A stretch of DNA of 64,000 bases from Spirochaetes bacterium GWF1_51_8 (GTDB lineage Bacteria > Spirochaetota > Brevinematia > Brevinematales > GWF1-51-8). The position numbers were made by a program, and so were the translations under genes. Positions within the stretch are counted from its first letter, which is position 1. Each line of letters begins with the position of its first letter. Shown piece by piece: positions 41,661-52,065 of this stretch. Where the stretch lies: NCBI GenBank assembly GCA_001829415.1, contig MIBE01000011.1:24760-88759 (forward strand), read 5' to 3'. The notes under the pieces are model-generated. The model saw nothing but the letters and a program-made list of their open reading frames with translations, made no database searches and was not told where the DNA came from.

Positions 41661-44306
41661 CTATTCTTTATCCTTACCCGCGATCACGATATAGTAATAC
41701 TCCGGGAAGTAGGTCTTGATGACTTTCATCAGGTCGTCCTTCGAGAAGCTGTCGATGAGCTTCAGATAGGAGAGCTCGTAGTCGAACGCACCCCGTTTGA
41801 TGGCGTAATAGGTCAGCATATTCGCGATCTTGGTGCTGTTCTCGTAGTTGAACGGCACCGAGTTGAACTTGTTGATCTGGAACTTCAGAATCTCGAGTTC
41901 GTTGGGCCCGGACTCCTTGAACTTCTTCAACTGCTGTTTATACATATCGAGCGCGGTGTAGACGTTTTTCGGCGAGTTCTGCATATAGAGGCGGAACAGG
42001 CTGTAGTCGCCGTACGCGATGGGGAAGGTGTAGACCCCGTATGTCAAACCGGCGCTGTCGCGGATCGAGCGCATGAGCCATGAAGTGAAACTGCCGCCGC
42101 CGAAAATGTCCATCGCGAAGGTGAGCGCGGTGTAGTTCGTGATATCGATATAGTCCGCGGTAGGCGCGCCCATCAGGACGACCGACTGCTTGATATCGAG
42201 CGGGACGATCTTGACCTGGTTCGCCTTGGGCGCCGGGGCGAGTTCCGCGCCGATCTTCGGCATCACGGGCGCGGGCTGTTCCCATCCGCCCAGTTCGTCC
42301 TTCACCGCCTTGACCACTTTGTCGAATTCGAGATTTCCGACCACGGTTATCACCATCTCTTCGGGACGGTAGAACGAGATATAGTAATCGTAAATGTCCT
42401 GCATCGTCAGGTTCATCACATCGTCCTTGACCGCGTGGAAGTCCAGCCCCGCGCCTTCTTTCCCGAACGCCAACTGGAAGATGGCGTACTTGGCGTGCAG
42501 GTCGGGCGACGGATTGTTCGCGATCTCGTCCAGCGACTTCATCGCGTTAAACTTCTTTTCCTCGAGGACGAGCGGGATAAACTTGCGGTTCTTGAGGGCG
42601 AGGGAGAGCCATTTGAGCGAATCGGCGAAGAATTCGCCCGGGGTTTCGATAGACAATGCCGCCGAGTCGTAACCGGGTCCGCCGGAGAAACTCGCGCCCT
42701 TCTTCTCGATGTCGTTCTGGATACCGAACATCGGGCCGCCGTCGAAGATGAAGTCGTAGGCGAACGCGGACTGGTAGGCTTTGGACTGGTAGATCGATCC
42801 GGCCTTAAATCCCACGCCTACCGAAACCTTCTCATTAAGCGTATACGGCTTGAAGATCAACGTGATCCCGTTGTCGAGCTTGACTGTTTTCACTGTCGAG
42901 AGGTAGTCCTGTATCGACTTGACCGCGCCGATAAAGAGGAAGTCCTTGCGCTCCTTCGCCTCGGCTATCGCCTGGGCGGTGGGGTTGTCGAACTCGGAGT
43001 AGTCTATCGGCTCGCCGTGCTCCTCATGCTCCATCCCGGCTCCGGGCTGGGCCTTCGGGTTCTTCTTGGTGACTTTAAAGAAACCCGTGCAGGAATTCGC
43101 CGGGGTCAGGTATTTCTCTATCACGCGCATTACGTCGCCGGCCGTGACATCGGCATAGGCCTTGACTATTTCGTTATAGGATGAAACTTTATCGTGACGG
43201 GCGAGATCGACTATCGTGAACATGATCCGGTCGATCGTGTCGTACTGCATCATTTCGGAGAAGAGCAGTTCGTCCTTCAAGTCCTGAAGGTTTTCCTCGA
43301 CATACTCGCGGGTGATCGTTTCCGACGGGTAATCCGGGTCCTTGCTGTAGCCGATAAACCCGAGGCCTCCGTCGATAGTCGGCCAGTAGCCGAAACCGCC
43401 GATCAAACCGCTCGAACTGATAAACGAAAGCGCGAGGAAGTCCTTATCCTTGAGGTTATACACCGGCAGGTGGAACACGGCCTCGCCGAAGTTCTCGCTC
43501 GCCACCCCCTCCACTTCGATATGCAGTCCGGTCTTCTTGGGGAACGGGTTAGGCGCTTCCTTGGGCAGGTTGGGGTTTGCCGGGATAGGCGCGAAGTACT
43601 TCTTCACAAGCGCGAGTACCTCCTCGGCCTTGACCGCGCCGACCACCACGATATAAGCGTTATTCGGGACATAGTACTTTTTATAAAGGTCGTTATAGAC
43701 ATAGTCGCGCTGGGCATTCGTGATATCCTCGAGAAGGCCGTAGCTGTAATAGAAGGGATGATCGCCGAACATGGCGAAATCGAGCTTGCGGTACATCTGG
43801 GTGTCCGGCATACTCTCGTGCTTCGACAGTTCGCTATAGACGACATTCTTCTCGCTCTCGAACTCCTTGGGGTCGAGCAGGATGTTGACCATCCGGTCGG
43901 CCTCGAGCTCAATCGCTTTCTCAAGCCCCGCGACCGGAAGAATCTCGTAGTAGACAGTAGAGTCATAGCTTGTGAACGCGTTATTCTCCGCGCCGAGGTC
44001 GTTCATCACCTTGTCGAACTGGCCCTTACCGTACTTCGCCGTCCCCTTGAACAGCATGTGCTCGAGGAGATGGGTGAGGCCGGTCTTGCCCTTGACAGTC
44101 TCGTTACGGAAACCCACCTTATAGGTGACCGAGAAGCCCACGAGCGGGATGGACGGTTCTTCCTTGACAATCAGATGCAGACCGTTAGGAAGGTCGTATT
44201 CCTTGATATTCTGGGTGAATTTCAGCTTGGAAAGATCGACAGAGTAAACCCCGCCGAATATCAGGATAAATAAAAATGCGAAAATCGTCCGTTTCAGGTT
44301 TTTCAT
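41661..44306 (-). CDS. M16 family (pitrilysin/insulinase-like) zinc peptidase, double-module, secreted
   Basis: 881 aa with a signal peptide. Inverted zinc motif HLLEHMLFKGT (HxxEH). A second, inactive M16-like half. Confidence 0.9.
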   Translation of the reverse strand: MKNLKRTIFAFLFILIFGGVYSVDLSKLKFTQNIKEYDLPNGLHLIVKEEPSIPLVGFSVTYKVGFRNETVKGKTGLTHLLEHMLFKGTAKYGKGQFDKVMNDLGAENNAFTSYDSTVYYEILPVAGLEKAIELEADRMVNILLDPKEFESEKNVVYSELSKHESMPDTQMYRKLDFAMFGDHPFYYSYGLLEDITNAQRDYVYNDLYKKYYVPNNAYIVVVGAVKAEEVLALVKKYFAPIPANPNLPKEAPNPFPKKTGLHIEVEGVASENFGEAVFHLPVYNLKDKDFLALSFISSSGLIGGFGYWPTIDGGLGFIGYSKDPDYPSETITREYVEENLQDLKDELLFSEMMQYDTIDRIMFTIVDLARHDKVSSYNEIVKAYADVTAGDVMRVIEKYLTPANSCTGFFKVTKKNPKAQPGAGMEHEEHGEPIDYSEFDNPTAQAIAEAKERKDFLFIGAVKSIQDYLSTVKTVKLDNGITLIFKPYTLNEKVSVGVGFKAGSIYQSKAYQSAFAYDFIFDGGPMFGIQNDIEKKGASFSGGPGYDSAALSIETPGEFFADSLKWLSLALKNRKFIPLVLEEKKFNAMKSLDEIANNPSPDLHAKYAIFQLAFGKEGAGLDFHAVKDDVMNLTMQDIYDYYISFYRPEEMVITVVGNLEFDKVVKAVKDELGGWEQPAPVMPKIGAELAPAPKANQVKIVPLDIKQSVVLMGAPTADYIDITNYTALTFAMDIFGGGSFTSWLMRSIRDSAGLTYGVYTFPIAYGDYSLFRLYMQNSPKNVYTALDMYKQQLKKFKESGPNELEILKFQINKFNSVPFNYENSTKIANMLTYYAIKRGAFDYELSYLKLIDSFSKDDLMKVIKTYFPEYYYIVIAGKDKE

Positions 44307-44318
44307 ATCCGCCTCCCG

Positions 44319-44705
44319 TTAGTTGTTCTTCGGTTCTTTCAGGTCGAGTTCGGAGTTCACTCCGCCCATCCCGTCGGAAACCGTATTGGGATTATCCGGG
44401 TCGGCGACCCAGTACCCGTCGATCACGAATTTATACAGATAGGTCTTGCCCTTCTTCAGATCCATCTTGATCGACCAGACGCCGTTGGTGTCCGCGGTCA
44501 TCGGATTAGCCTGCTTGTTCCAGCCGTTGAAGTTCCCCGCGAGCATGACTAATGTCGCCTCGGGCGACTTGACCGCGAAGACGATCCCGCTGTCGGTGAT
44601 TTTGGGATAGTTCGGGCCCTTGATATTGTTCACACGGTTCAGGTCGAGCGTCTTCCCGCACGAAACGGCGAAAAGCAATAGCACGAGCCATTTCAGGTTT
44701 TTCAT
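44319..44705 (-). CDS. CBM48 / E-set glycogen-binding domain lipoprotein
   Basis: Start ATG 44705 (GGAGGG RBS). Lipobox LFAVSCGK. VMLAGNFNGWN...GVWSIKMDLKKGKTYLYKFVIDGYWVADPDNP. Confidence 0.8.
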   Translation of the reverse strand: MKNLKWLVLLLFAVSCGKTLDLNRVNNIKGPNYPKITDSGIVFAVKSPEATLVMLAGNFNGWNKQANPMTADTNGVWSIKMDLKKGKTYLYKFVIDGYWVADPDNPNTVSDGMGGVNSELDLKEPKNN

Positions 44706-44749
44706 GATCCCTCCTTTGAGATATATAGACAACGGGTAAGGAAGAAAGG

Positions 44750-46741
44750 TTAGCGGAGATCCCGTATCTTTTTCAGGATTGCGAAGTCGTTGGCGTAAAG
44801 CGTATAGGCACGCTTCCGTTTCAACGGGTAGTCTTTGGAGATGTCTACGAATTCGCCGTTTCCGGCGTAACGGGTGACGTCGATATTGACGTTCTCGTCG
44901 GAGTTGTTGATGAGGATGAGGAGCTTCCTGTCGCCGATAAAGCGCTCGAAGCCGACGGTCATGCCCTTGATATAGAAGAAACGCAGTTCCCCGCGCCGGA
45001 GCACGTCGTTCTCGTGACGCACCTGAGCGAGCTTTTTATAGAGTTCATGGAGCTGCTTATTCCATTTCGTTTTGTCCCAGATCATGAAGCGGCGGTTATC
45101 GGGGTCTTTCCCGCCGTCCATCCCGTTCTCCTCGCCGTAGTAGATGCTCGGCGCGCCGAGATAAGTGAACTGAAACGCCGCCGCGAGCCTGATCCTGTCG
45201 AGACTGCCGCGCGCGACTGTGTGGAAACGGGCGGTGTCATGGCTCGAGAGCAGGTTGAACATCGCGAAGTTCGCCTGCATCGGGTAATCGTATATCTGCT
45301 CGCCGATCTGCTTGACGAACTCGTCGGCGTTGAGCTTCCTGTTGGCGAAGAAACCGAGGCACGCGTCGCGGAAACGGTAATTCATCACCGAGTCGAACTG
45401 ATCGCCCTGAAGCCACGGCGAGGAGTCGTACCATATCTCGCCGACTATATAAGCCTCGGGATTCTGCTTTTTGACCGTTTTGCGGAACTCGCGCCAGAAC
45501 TCATGCCCAATCTCGGTGGGGACGTCGAGCCGCCATCCGGATGCGCCGCGTTCGACCCAGTTCCTCGCGGCTTCGAGCAGATAGCCCATCACTTCAGGAT
45601 GGAGCGCGTTAAGCTTGGGCAGTGACGGGAAATCCCACCACGAGACATAGTTCGCCTTGCCCTTTTCTATCATCGGGAATTTCTTGACGAAGTACCAGTT
45701 CTTGTATTTCGATTTTTCGCCGTTCTTTACAAGGTCCTGAAACGGAGCGAAAGCCGTGCCGGAATGGTTGAATACGCCGTCGAGGATGAAACGGATCGAA
45801 CGCTTCTTCGTCTCGTCGACCAGCATGTCGAACACCTTGTCGTCGCCGAAATGCGGATCGATCTTCATATAATCGCCGGTGTCATACTTATGCACCGACT
45901 GACCCTTGAAAATAGGGTTGAAGTAGATAGCGTTAGCGCCGAGTTCTTTGATATAATCGAGCTTGTCGATGACGCCTTTCAGGTCGCCGCCGTAGAACGT
46001 ATCGATGCCGGGTTTGGAATCGAGCGGTACGGTGTTGGGCGGGGAGATCGACGGATCGCCGTTCTCAAAGCGCTCCGGGAAGATTTGATAGAACACCGCG
46101 TCCTTGACCCAGTCCGGGGTCTGGAATATCTCGCTGCCGGGGTGGACATACTCGAAGTGCTCGACTTCCCATTCGTTCCGGATAAGCCCGTTCTTCCCGA
46201 AGTACTCTTTGCCGCCGTCGAACAGATCGACCTCGAAGTAGTACATGACGTTCTTCGCGCCGAAACCGTTACAGTAACGGTAGAGGAGATATGCGTAGAC
46301 TTCGTCGCGGTACAGTTCGTAGCCGTTGACCGTGTGGAAAAGGTCGTCGACCACGACGATGAGGCGGGAATCCCGGTATTTCTCGAAATTGATCGCCGCG
46401 CGGATATAAAAACAGGTCGGAGTGTAGAAATCGATCGCGGGCTCGTGAACGAAGTCCGATTTACGCTTCGCGGAGCCTACCAGCAGGAGAGAGTTCTCAT
46501 GACCGTTATTTTTGGATTTCATGGGGTTGCGGGGGTCGAGAAGGTAATGGGTGCCGTCCACGAGGATTTTATACTCGTAGCTTCCGGCGGGCAGTTTGGC
46601 GGAACCCCACCAGACGTTATCCCCGTCCTCGTCATCGAGAAGGCAGGTTCCCTTTTCCCAGTTATTGAAATCTCCGACTATTTCTACCCGTTTCGTATCA
46701 TAATGTGCGCCGTACTTGAAAAAGACATTGTACTTATGCAT
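44750..46741 (-). CDS. GH13 neopullulanase/cyclomaltodextrinase-like alpha-amylase with N-terminal CBM48-like domain, no signal peptide
   Basis: GH13 regions LDGVFNHSG, GWRLDVPTEI, YIVGEIW, LLSSHDTAR. N-terminus VEIVGDFNNWE..YEYKILVDG. Confidence 0.9.
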   Translation of the reverse strand: MHKYNVFFKYGAHYDTKRVEIVGDFNNWEKGTCLLDDEDGDNVWWGSAKLPAGSYEYKILVDGTHYLLDPRNPMKSKNNGHENSLLLVGSAKRKSDFVHEPAIDFYTPTCFYIRAAINFEKYRDSRLIVVVDDLFHTVNGYELYRDEVYAYLLYRYCNGFGAKNVMYYFEVDLFDGGKEYFGKNGLIRNEWEVEHFEYVHPGSEIFQTPDWVKDAVFYQIFPERFENGDPSISPPNTVPLDSKPGIDTFYGGDLKGVIDKLDYIKELGANAIYFNPIFKGQSVHKYDTGDYMKIDPHFGDDKVFDMLVDETKKRSIRFILDGVFNHSGTAFAPFQDLVKNGEKSKYKNWYFVKKFPMIEKGKANYVSWWDFPSLPKLNALHPEVMGYLLEAARNWVERGASGWRLDVPTEIGHEFWREFRKTVKKQNPEAYIVGEIWYDSSPWLQGDQFDSVMNYRFRDACLGFFANRKLNADEFVKQIGEQIYDYPMQANFAMFNLLSSHDTARFHTVARGSLDRIRLAAAFQFTYLGAPSIYYGEENGMDGGKDPDNRRFMIWDKTKWNKQLHELYKKLAQVRHENDVLRRGELRFFYIKGMTVGFERFIGDRKLLILINNSDENVNIDVTRYAGNGEFVDISKDYPLKRKRAYTLYANDFAILKKIRDLR

Positions 46742-46926
46742 TCCCAGACTCCGAGTATAACACAGGACATTTTATTATACGAAATTTTTTTGAGAATTGC
46801 AAATTTGAAAAAAATATAAGAAAAACCCCGGTATTTCCCGACTTCGCCATTCAGCCCTTTCCAGAAGCGTTTTTTTGCGTGAACTCTTTTTCCATCGCTG
46901 GAAAACATCTTCCAAAACCGCATTTC

Positions 46927-46955
46927 TTGCGCAATCCATCGGTTTATGTCATAAT
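46927..46955 (+). promoter_or_regulatory. sigma-70-type promoter candidate (extended -10) for hppA
   Basis: TTGCGC (46927-46932), 17-nt spacer, TGt-CATAAT (46947-46955). Confidence 0.45.
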
Positions 46956-47006
46956 AACATGAGGCAAATTTTCCATGAGTAAATAACACGATTTGGAGGA
47001 CTGGTC

Positions 47007-49346
47007 ATGCTGAAAAAGATTCGTTGGTCCAAGGTTCTTCTCGCGGGTATCACTCTACTCTGCGGCGGATTGCTGATCTCGAATGTGATCGGACACGCTC
47101 AGAGCACGAATGCTTCCGCGGCTGCAGTCACTAACGCAGTGACCGCGCCTGCCGAAACTGTGACTCCCTTGCAGGATGTCGCGCAGGGTAACGATATTCA
47201 GGCCATCTTACCGGCCTTGATTTCTCTCTTTTCCGCTATCGTCTCGCTCGTATTCGTTTTCTTCGCGGCGAGATATGTCCTGAAGAAAGACGAGGGTTCT
47301 GACAAGGTCAAGAAACTCTCTCTTGCGATCCGCACAGGTGCGTTCGCGTACCTCAAACAACAGTACAGGATTGTGGGCATCTTCTTTGTTGTCATGTTTA
47401 TCCTGCTTTTCGTTATCTCCACTGTTGACAAAAACCTGCTCAATCCGTTCATTCCCTTTGCGTTTTTAACCGGCGGTTTATTCTCCGGTCTCGCCGGGTT
47501 TATCGGAATGAATATGGCTACCCGGGCAAACAGCAGAACAGCATGGGCGGCGAAAACAAGCCTCAACGCGGGTTTGCGTGTCGCGTTCATGTCGGGTGCG
47601 GTTATGGGTATGGGCGTCGTGGGCTTAGGCCTTCTCGACCTTTCTATCTGGTACATCGGACTGAAATACTTCGCCAATCTCCCTATCAGCGAAATCACCC
47701 AGGTAATGCTGATGTTCGGAATGGGCGCTTCGATGATGGCGTTGTTCGCGCGTGTCGGCGGCGGTATCTATACCAAGTCTGCTGACGTGGGCGCGGATAT
47801 TGTGGGTAAGGTCGAAGCCGGTATCCCCGAAGACGATCCCCGCAACCCCGCTACTATCGCCGATAACGTGGGCGATAACGTAGGCGACGTCGCCGGTATG
47901 GGCGCCGACCTCTATGAAAGTTATGTGGGTTCTATTGTCGCGACTATGGCGCTCGGCGCTATCGCGTTCCCCTCGAACCCGCTTCTCGGTATCACCGTTC
48001 CGCTGGCACTCGCCGCTATGGGCGTGTTCGCTTCGCTGATCGGTACGTTCCTTGTCCGCACTAAGGACGACAACGCTTCCCAGCCGGTTCTTCTCGGCGC
48101 GCTCCGCAGAGGCGTTTACGCTTCTTCGATCATCATCCTGATCGCGGCGTTCTTCCTCGTGTACTTCACGATGGGAATGCAGTACATAGGCGTTTTCCTG
48201 TCTATCGCGACCGGTTTGATCGCCGGGAACATCATCGGGTTCTTCACCGAATACTTTACATCGGACTCCTATAAACCGACTAAAGATATCGCCGGACAGG
48301 CATTGACCGGTCCCGCGACTCTCGTGATCGGCGGTTTGTCTCTCGGTATGGCATCGACATGGATACCCGTCCTGGTTGTCGTTTTCGCGACAATCGGCGC
48401 TTACTTCTTCGCCGGAATGGGTAATCCCGCCGAATTGAAAGATTCGCTGGGTCTTTACGGTATCGGAGCCGCTGCTATCGGTATGCTTTCCACCCTCGGT
48501 ATCACTCTCGCGACCGACGCCTACGGGCCTGTCGCGGATAACGCGGGCGGTATCGCTGAAATGGCGGGCGACGAAGGCGGATTGGGCAAAGAAGTCCGCC
48601 GCAGAACCGACGCTCTCGACTCGCTCGGGAATACCACTGCCGCTACCGGTAAGGGTTATGCTATCGGTTCAGCCGCGTTGACCGCTCTCGCGCTCCTCGC
48701 CGCGTTCCGCGATGAAATTATTATCAAGATCAAATTGATCGAAGGAAAAGATATGGTCGTGGTGGCTAACGTCATCACCCCAGAAGTACTGGTCGGTCTG
48801 TTCATCGGATCCATGACTCCGTTCCTCTTCAGCGCGCTGACTATGAGCGCGGTGGGACGCGCCGCGAACAAGATGGTGGAGGAAGTCCGCCGCCAGTTCC
48901 GCGAGATCAAGGGTATCCTCGAAGGGAAAGCCGAACCTGATTATGCGCGTTGTGTGCAGATCAGCACCAAGGCCGCTCAGCGTGAAATGCTTCTGCCCGC
49001 TCTTCTTGCGATCAGCGTGCCGCTTGTTGCCGGGACTTTATTCGGCTTGTCCGCTCTCGTGGGGCTTCTCGCCGGTGCGCTCGTGACCGGGTTCCCGTTG
49101 GCTGTCATGATGGCCAATTCGGGCGGCGCATGGGATAACGCAAAGAAGTATATCGAAGGCGGAGCCTATGGCGGAAAGGGCAGTGATGCTCATAAGGCCG
49201 CTGTCGTCGGTGATACGGTCGGCGATCCGTTCAAGGATACATCCGGCCCGTCGCTGAACATCCTGATCAAGCTCATGAGCATGGTCGCGGTTGTGTTCGG
49301 CGCGACAATCTACACCCTGAACAAAGTGATCGGAATATTCAAGTAA
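47007..49346 (+). CDS. hppA: membrane-bound ion-translocating pyrophosphatase, K+-dependent-type signature
   Basis: ~16 TM helices. [40 protein letters not shown] has Ala, not Lys, at the K+-dependence position. Confidence 0.95.
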   Translation: MLKKIRWSKVLLAGITLLCGGLLISNVIGHAQSTNASAAAVTNAVTAPAETVTPLQDVAQGNDIQAILPALISLFSAIVSLVFVFFAARYVLKKDEGSDKVKKLSLAIRTGAFAYLKQQYRIVGIFFVVMFILLFVISTVDKNLLNPFIPFAFLTGGLFSGLAGFIGMNMATRANSRTAWAAKTSLNAGLRVAFMSGAVMGMGVVGLGLLDLSIWYIGLKYFANLPISEITQVMLMFGMGASMMALFARVGGGIYTKSADVGADIVGKVEAGIPEDDPRNPATIADNVGDNVGDVAGMGADLYESYVGSIVATMALGAIAFPSNPLLGITVPLALAAMGVFASLIGTFLVRTKDDNASQPVLLGALRRGVYASSIIILIAAFFLVYFTMGMQYIGVFLSIATGLIAGNIIGFFTEYFTSDSYKPTKDIAGQALTGPATLVIGGLSLGMASTWIPVLVVVFATIGAYFFAGMGNPAELKDSLGLYGIGAAAIGMLSTLGITLATDAYGPVADNAGGIAEMAGDEGGLGKEVRRRTDALDSLGNTTAATGKGYAIGSAALTALALLAAFRDEIIIKIKLIEGKDMVVVANVITPEVLVGLFIGSMTPFLFSALTMSAVGRAANKMVEEVRRQFREIKGILEGKAEPDYARCVQISTKAAQREMLLPALLAISVPLVAGTLFGLSALVGLLAGALVTGFPLAVMMANSGGAWDNAKKYIEGGAYGGKGSDAHKAAVVGDTVGDPFKDTSGPSLNILIKLMSMVAVVFGATIYTLNKVIGIFK

Positions 49347-49362
49347 GCTCAATTTCTGATAA

Positions 49363-49392
49363 GGCGGGAGCGAGTCTCCCGCCTTTTTTTTT
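49363..49392 (+). terminator. rho-independent terminator
   Basis: Stem GGCGGGAG / CTCCCGCC, loop CGAGT, then a T9 run. Confidence 0.8.
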
Positions 49393-49469
49393 GAAAATAA
49401 GCCTCTATCCCTTGAATAATACTAAAAATATATTAGAATATATAGGGGCTAGTTTTTTAAGGAAAAATA

Positions 49470-50699
49470 ATGGTTCGCCTGCACTCCATCAACCTGATGT
49501 TCATCATCGCGTTTTCGATTTGGGGCCTTGTCATTTTCGCGTTCCAGCGGGGTCTCCAGAAAACGAAATTTTACGATTCGAGAATGCCCTTTTCGGGTGT
49601 TTACCTCGCGTCCACCGTCCTGCTCAATTGTTTTCTGCTCTCCGAATTCCTGTCGCCGCCATTTTTCAGCGCAAGCGAATACAGCCTGTTATATACAATC
49701 TTTATGCTGATTACCGCCGTTTTTATCTTTATCTTCAATTCACCCCGTGGGGAAAGCAAACTTCGTCTCAGCCGTCTGATAATCTCGCTTATAATCCTCA
49801 TTTCCGGGGTCATAGTCATCGCGGCGAACGGTATCTCGATCGAGCACGGGTCTCACGGGTATTTCTCGCTGTTCCTGATATCGGAAGTGATTCACATGCT
49901 CGCGCGGAAAACGCTCGAACGCGAGAAAAAAGCCGAGAAACGGGTCTTTATCGCGGTCTATCTCGTGATCGTCGGGATCAACACCCTCGACCTCTTCACG
50001 ACGGATATTTTTCTCCTATACGGCGCATGGGTGCTGCCGTTCATCCTGCCGTTCTTTTTTATCTATAAGTATTCCGAGCTGAATAAGGAGCTTCAGGCCG
50101 AGGTGGTCTCGCTGAACGAGATGAACAAGAAGGAGCGCGAGAGCTATGAATCTTCGATCTATATGATTGTCAACATGCTCGAATCGAAGAACGATTTCCT
50201 CAAGGGGCATTCGGAAAAGGTCAGTCTTTACGCGACATTGATCGGCAACAGGGTCGGGCTGAACTCCGGCGAGCTCGAGGAGCTCCAGACAGCCGCGCTC
50301 CTGCACGATATCGGGTATGTCGGTATCGCGATAGAAGAATACAGCAACCGTCGGGTGATCAACTCCGAGGATTTTATGCGGATCAAGAGGCATCCGAAGA
50401 TCGGCGCCGACATCCTCAGAAAAAGCTCGCAGTTCAGTCAGTTTTCGGACTATGTCCTGTTCCATCACGAGAACTGGGACGGGACGGGCTATCCCAACGG
50501 GATCAGCGGGAAGCAGATACCGCTTTTCTCGCGGATCATCCAGATCGCGGATACCTACGACGCCCTCACTACCGACCGTTTCTACCGCGCCGCTCTCAGC
50601 CGTGAGGACGCTATGATTATCCTCAGGACCGGAAAGGGCACCGATTACGATCCCGAGCTTGTGGACGTCTTTATCAAGTGTATCGAGGTAAAAAAATAA
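49470..50699 (+). CDS. multi-pass membrane HD-GYP domain protein
   Basis: ~6-7 N-terminal TM helices, a coiled coil, then AALLHDIGYV and HHENWDGTGYPNG. Confidence 0.85.
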   Translation: MVRLHSINLMFIIAFSIWGLVIFAFQRGLQKTKFYDSRMPFSGVYLASTVLLNCFLLSEFLSPPFFSASEYSLLYTIFMLITAVFIFIFNSPRGESKLRLSRLIISLIILISGVIVIAANGISIEHGSHGYFSLFLISEVIHMLARKTLEREKKAEKRVFIAVYLVIVGINTLDLFTTDIFLLYGAWVLPFILPFFFIYKYSELNKELQAEVVSLNEMNKKERESYESSIYMIVNMLESKNDFLKGHSEKVSLYATLIGNRVGLNSGELEELQTAALLHDIGYVGIAIEEYSNRRVINSEDFMRIKRHPKIGADILRKSSQFSQFSDYVLFHHENWDGTGYPNGISGKQIPLFSRIIQIADTYDALTTDRFYRAALSREDAMIILRTGKGTDYDPELVDVFIKCIEVKK

Positions 50700-52064
50700 A
50701 TGAACCAGATGGTGCCGTTTGCTCCGATCTTCATCAATGTGCTTTGTATTGTCCTGAGTTTCCTGAACGCGTGCTTTCTCGGGTATATCTGGTTTGAGAA
50801 CCGGAAATCCCAGATTCAGGAAATCTACCAGAAAAAGGAAATCCAGAACTATATCGAGTTTTCCGCGGGCGCGTTTATCTACGTCTTCGCGCAGGCTGTC
50901 ATTCTGATCTCGAACTCGTTCCCCGTCAATCTACTCTTTCACCGCATCCAACATGTAGGGCTGGCTTTAGGCGTGATCGCGTTCATCCGTCTCCCGAGGC
51001 ATATTTTCGGTATCGAAAAAGAGAACAGAGTATTGAAGGCTATCTTGATCGGCATTGTTATGGCAATGACGCCGGTATTTTTCACCGATTGGTTTCTGCT
51101 TCCTACCGAGCATCAGCTCGGATGGGTGATTCAGGGGAAACCAGGCCCGGTTTACTGGATTCTCATCGGAATACTGATGGGCGTCTTCGTGTATAACATC
51201 ATCCGTACCCTTATCTTCGCGATAGCGAAATACGCTCAGGACAAACATTTCCGGATGAACGAAAAGAGCTTCATCGCCGGAAGCCTTTTCCTGCTGGTCA
51301 TGAACATCATCGCGATAATCAAGCTAAATGTTCCCGACACCCTCCCGTTTCTCGAGAACTCGAGCACCTCGATCGGCCTATCGGGCTTCAGCCTCATCAT
51401 CACCGTCATCCTGACATACCGTTACGGCCTGACATTCAAGTCACTCTCGCAGAAGCAGGAAGAACTTCTGCATGTCCGCGAGCATGTCGAAAAGGAGTAC
51501 GAGGACATTCTTTCCACCATCGTCGAGATCCTCGAAAAGGACGATCTCTATACCGCCGGCCATTCCCGCAGGGTGATGCAGATATCGATGGAAATCGCGA
51601 AGAAAATGGAACTGAACAACTCGATTATCGACAAGATACAGATCACGGGGATACTGCACGATATCGGAAAGCTCGGTGTCAGTAAGCTCGTGCTGAACAA
51701 GCCCGGTAAGCTCACCGACGACGAATTTCTCCAGATCAAGCGGCATTCAGAACTGGGCTTCGATATCGTTTCCACCTACAAGCCACTTTACGAGATCGCG
51801 ACCTATGTCAAGGCGCATCATGAGAAGCTGAACGGCGAGGGATATCCCGACCGGCTGGTCGACGAAAAAATCCCCGGGATCGCGAAGATCATCGCTGTTG
51901 CCGACGTCTACGATGCGTTATCCAGCAAACGGCCTTACCGTGAAGCCCTCTCCCAGGAGAAATGCCTGCAAATCATGGATCAGATGGCGGGAAACCGCGA
52001 GATCGAAAAGAATATTCTCGCCAAGCTGGCGAAAATCATACCCTACCTGAAACTGGAAGACTGA
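50700..52064 (+). CDS. multi-pass membrane HD-GYP domain protein
   Basis: Starts immediately after the upstream stop. N-terminal TM bundle. GILHDIGKLG and HHEKLNGEGYPDR. Confidence 0.85.
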   Translation: MNQMVPFAPIFINVLCIVLSFLNACFLGYIWFENRKSQIQEIYQKKEIQNYIEFSAGAFIYVFAQAVILISNSFPVNLLFHRIQHVGLALGVIAFIRLPRHIFGIEKENRVLKAILIGIVMAMTPVFFTDWFLLPTEHQLGWVIQGKPGPVYWILIGILMGVFVYNIIRTLIFAIAKYAQDKHFRMNEKSFIAGSLFLLVMNIIAIIKLNVPDTLPFLENSSTSIGLSGFSLIITVILTYRYGLTFKSLSQKQEELLHVREHVEKEYEDILSTIVEILEKDDLYTAGHSRRVMQISMEIAKKMELNNSIIDKIQITGILHDIGKLGVSKLVLNKPGKLTDDEFLQIKRHSELGFDIVSTYKPLYEIATYVKAHHEKLNGEGYPDRLVDEKIPGIAKIIAVADVYDALSSKRPYREALSQEKCLQIMDQMAGNREIEKNILAKLAKIIPYLKLED

Positions 52065-52065
52065 C

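Noticed and set aside
42435-46819. Plus-strand ORFs 42435..43184, 43194..44273, 45014..45625 and 45764..46819, opposite the M16 peptidase and neopullulanase genes
   Set aside because: The minus-strand products have diagnostic motifs (HxxEH; the GH13 regions). The plus-strand products are shadow ORFs.
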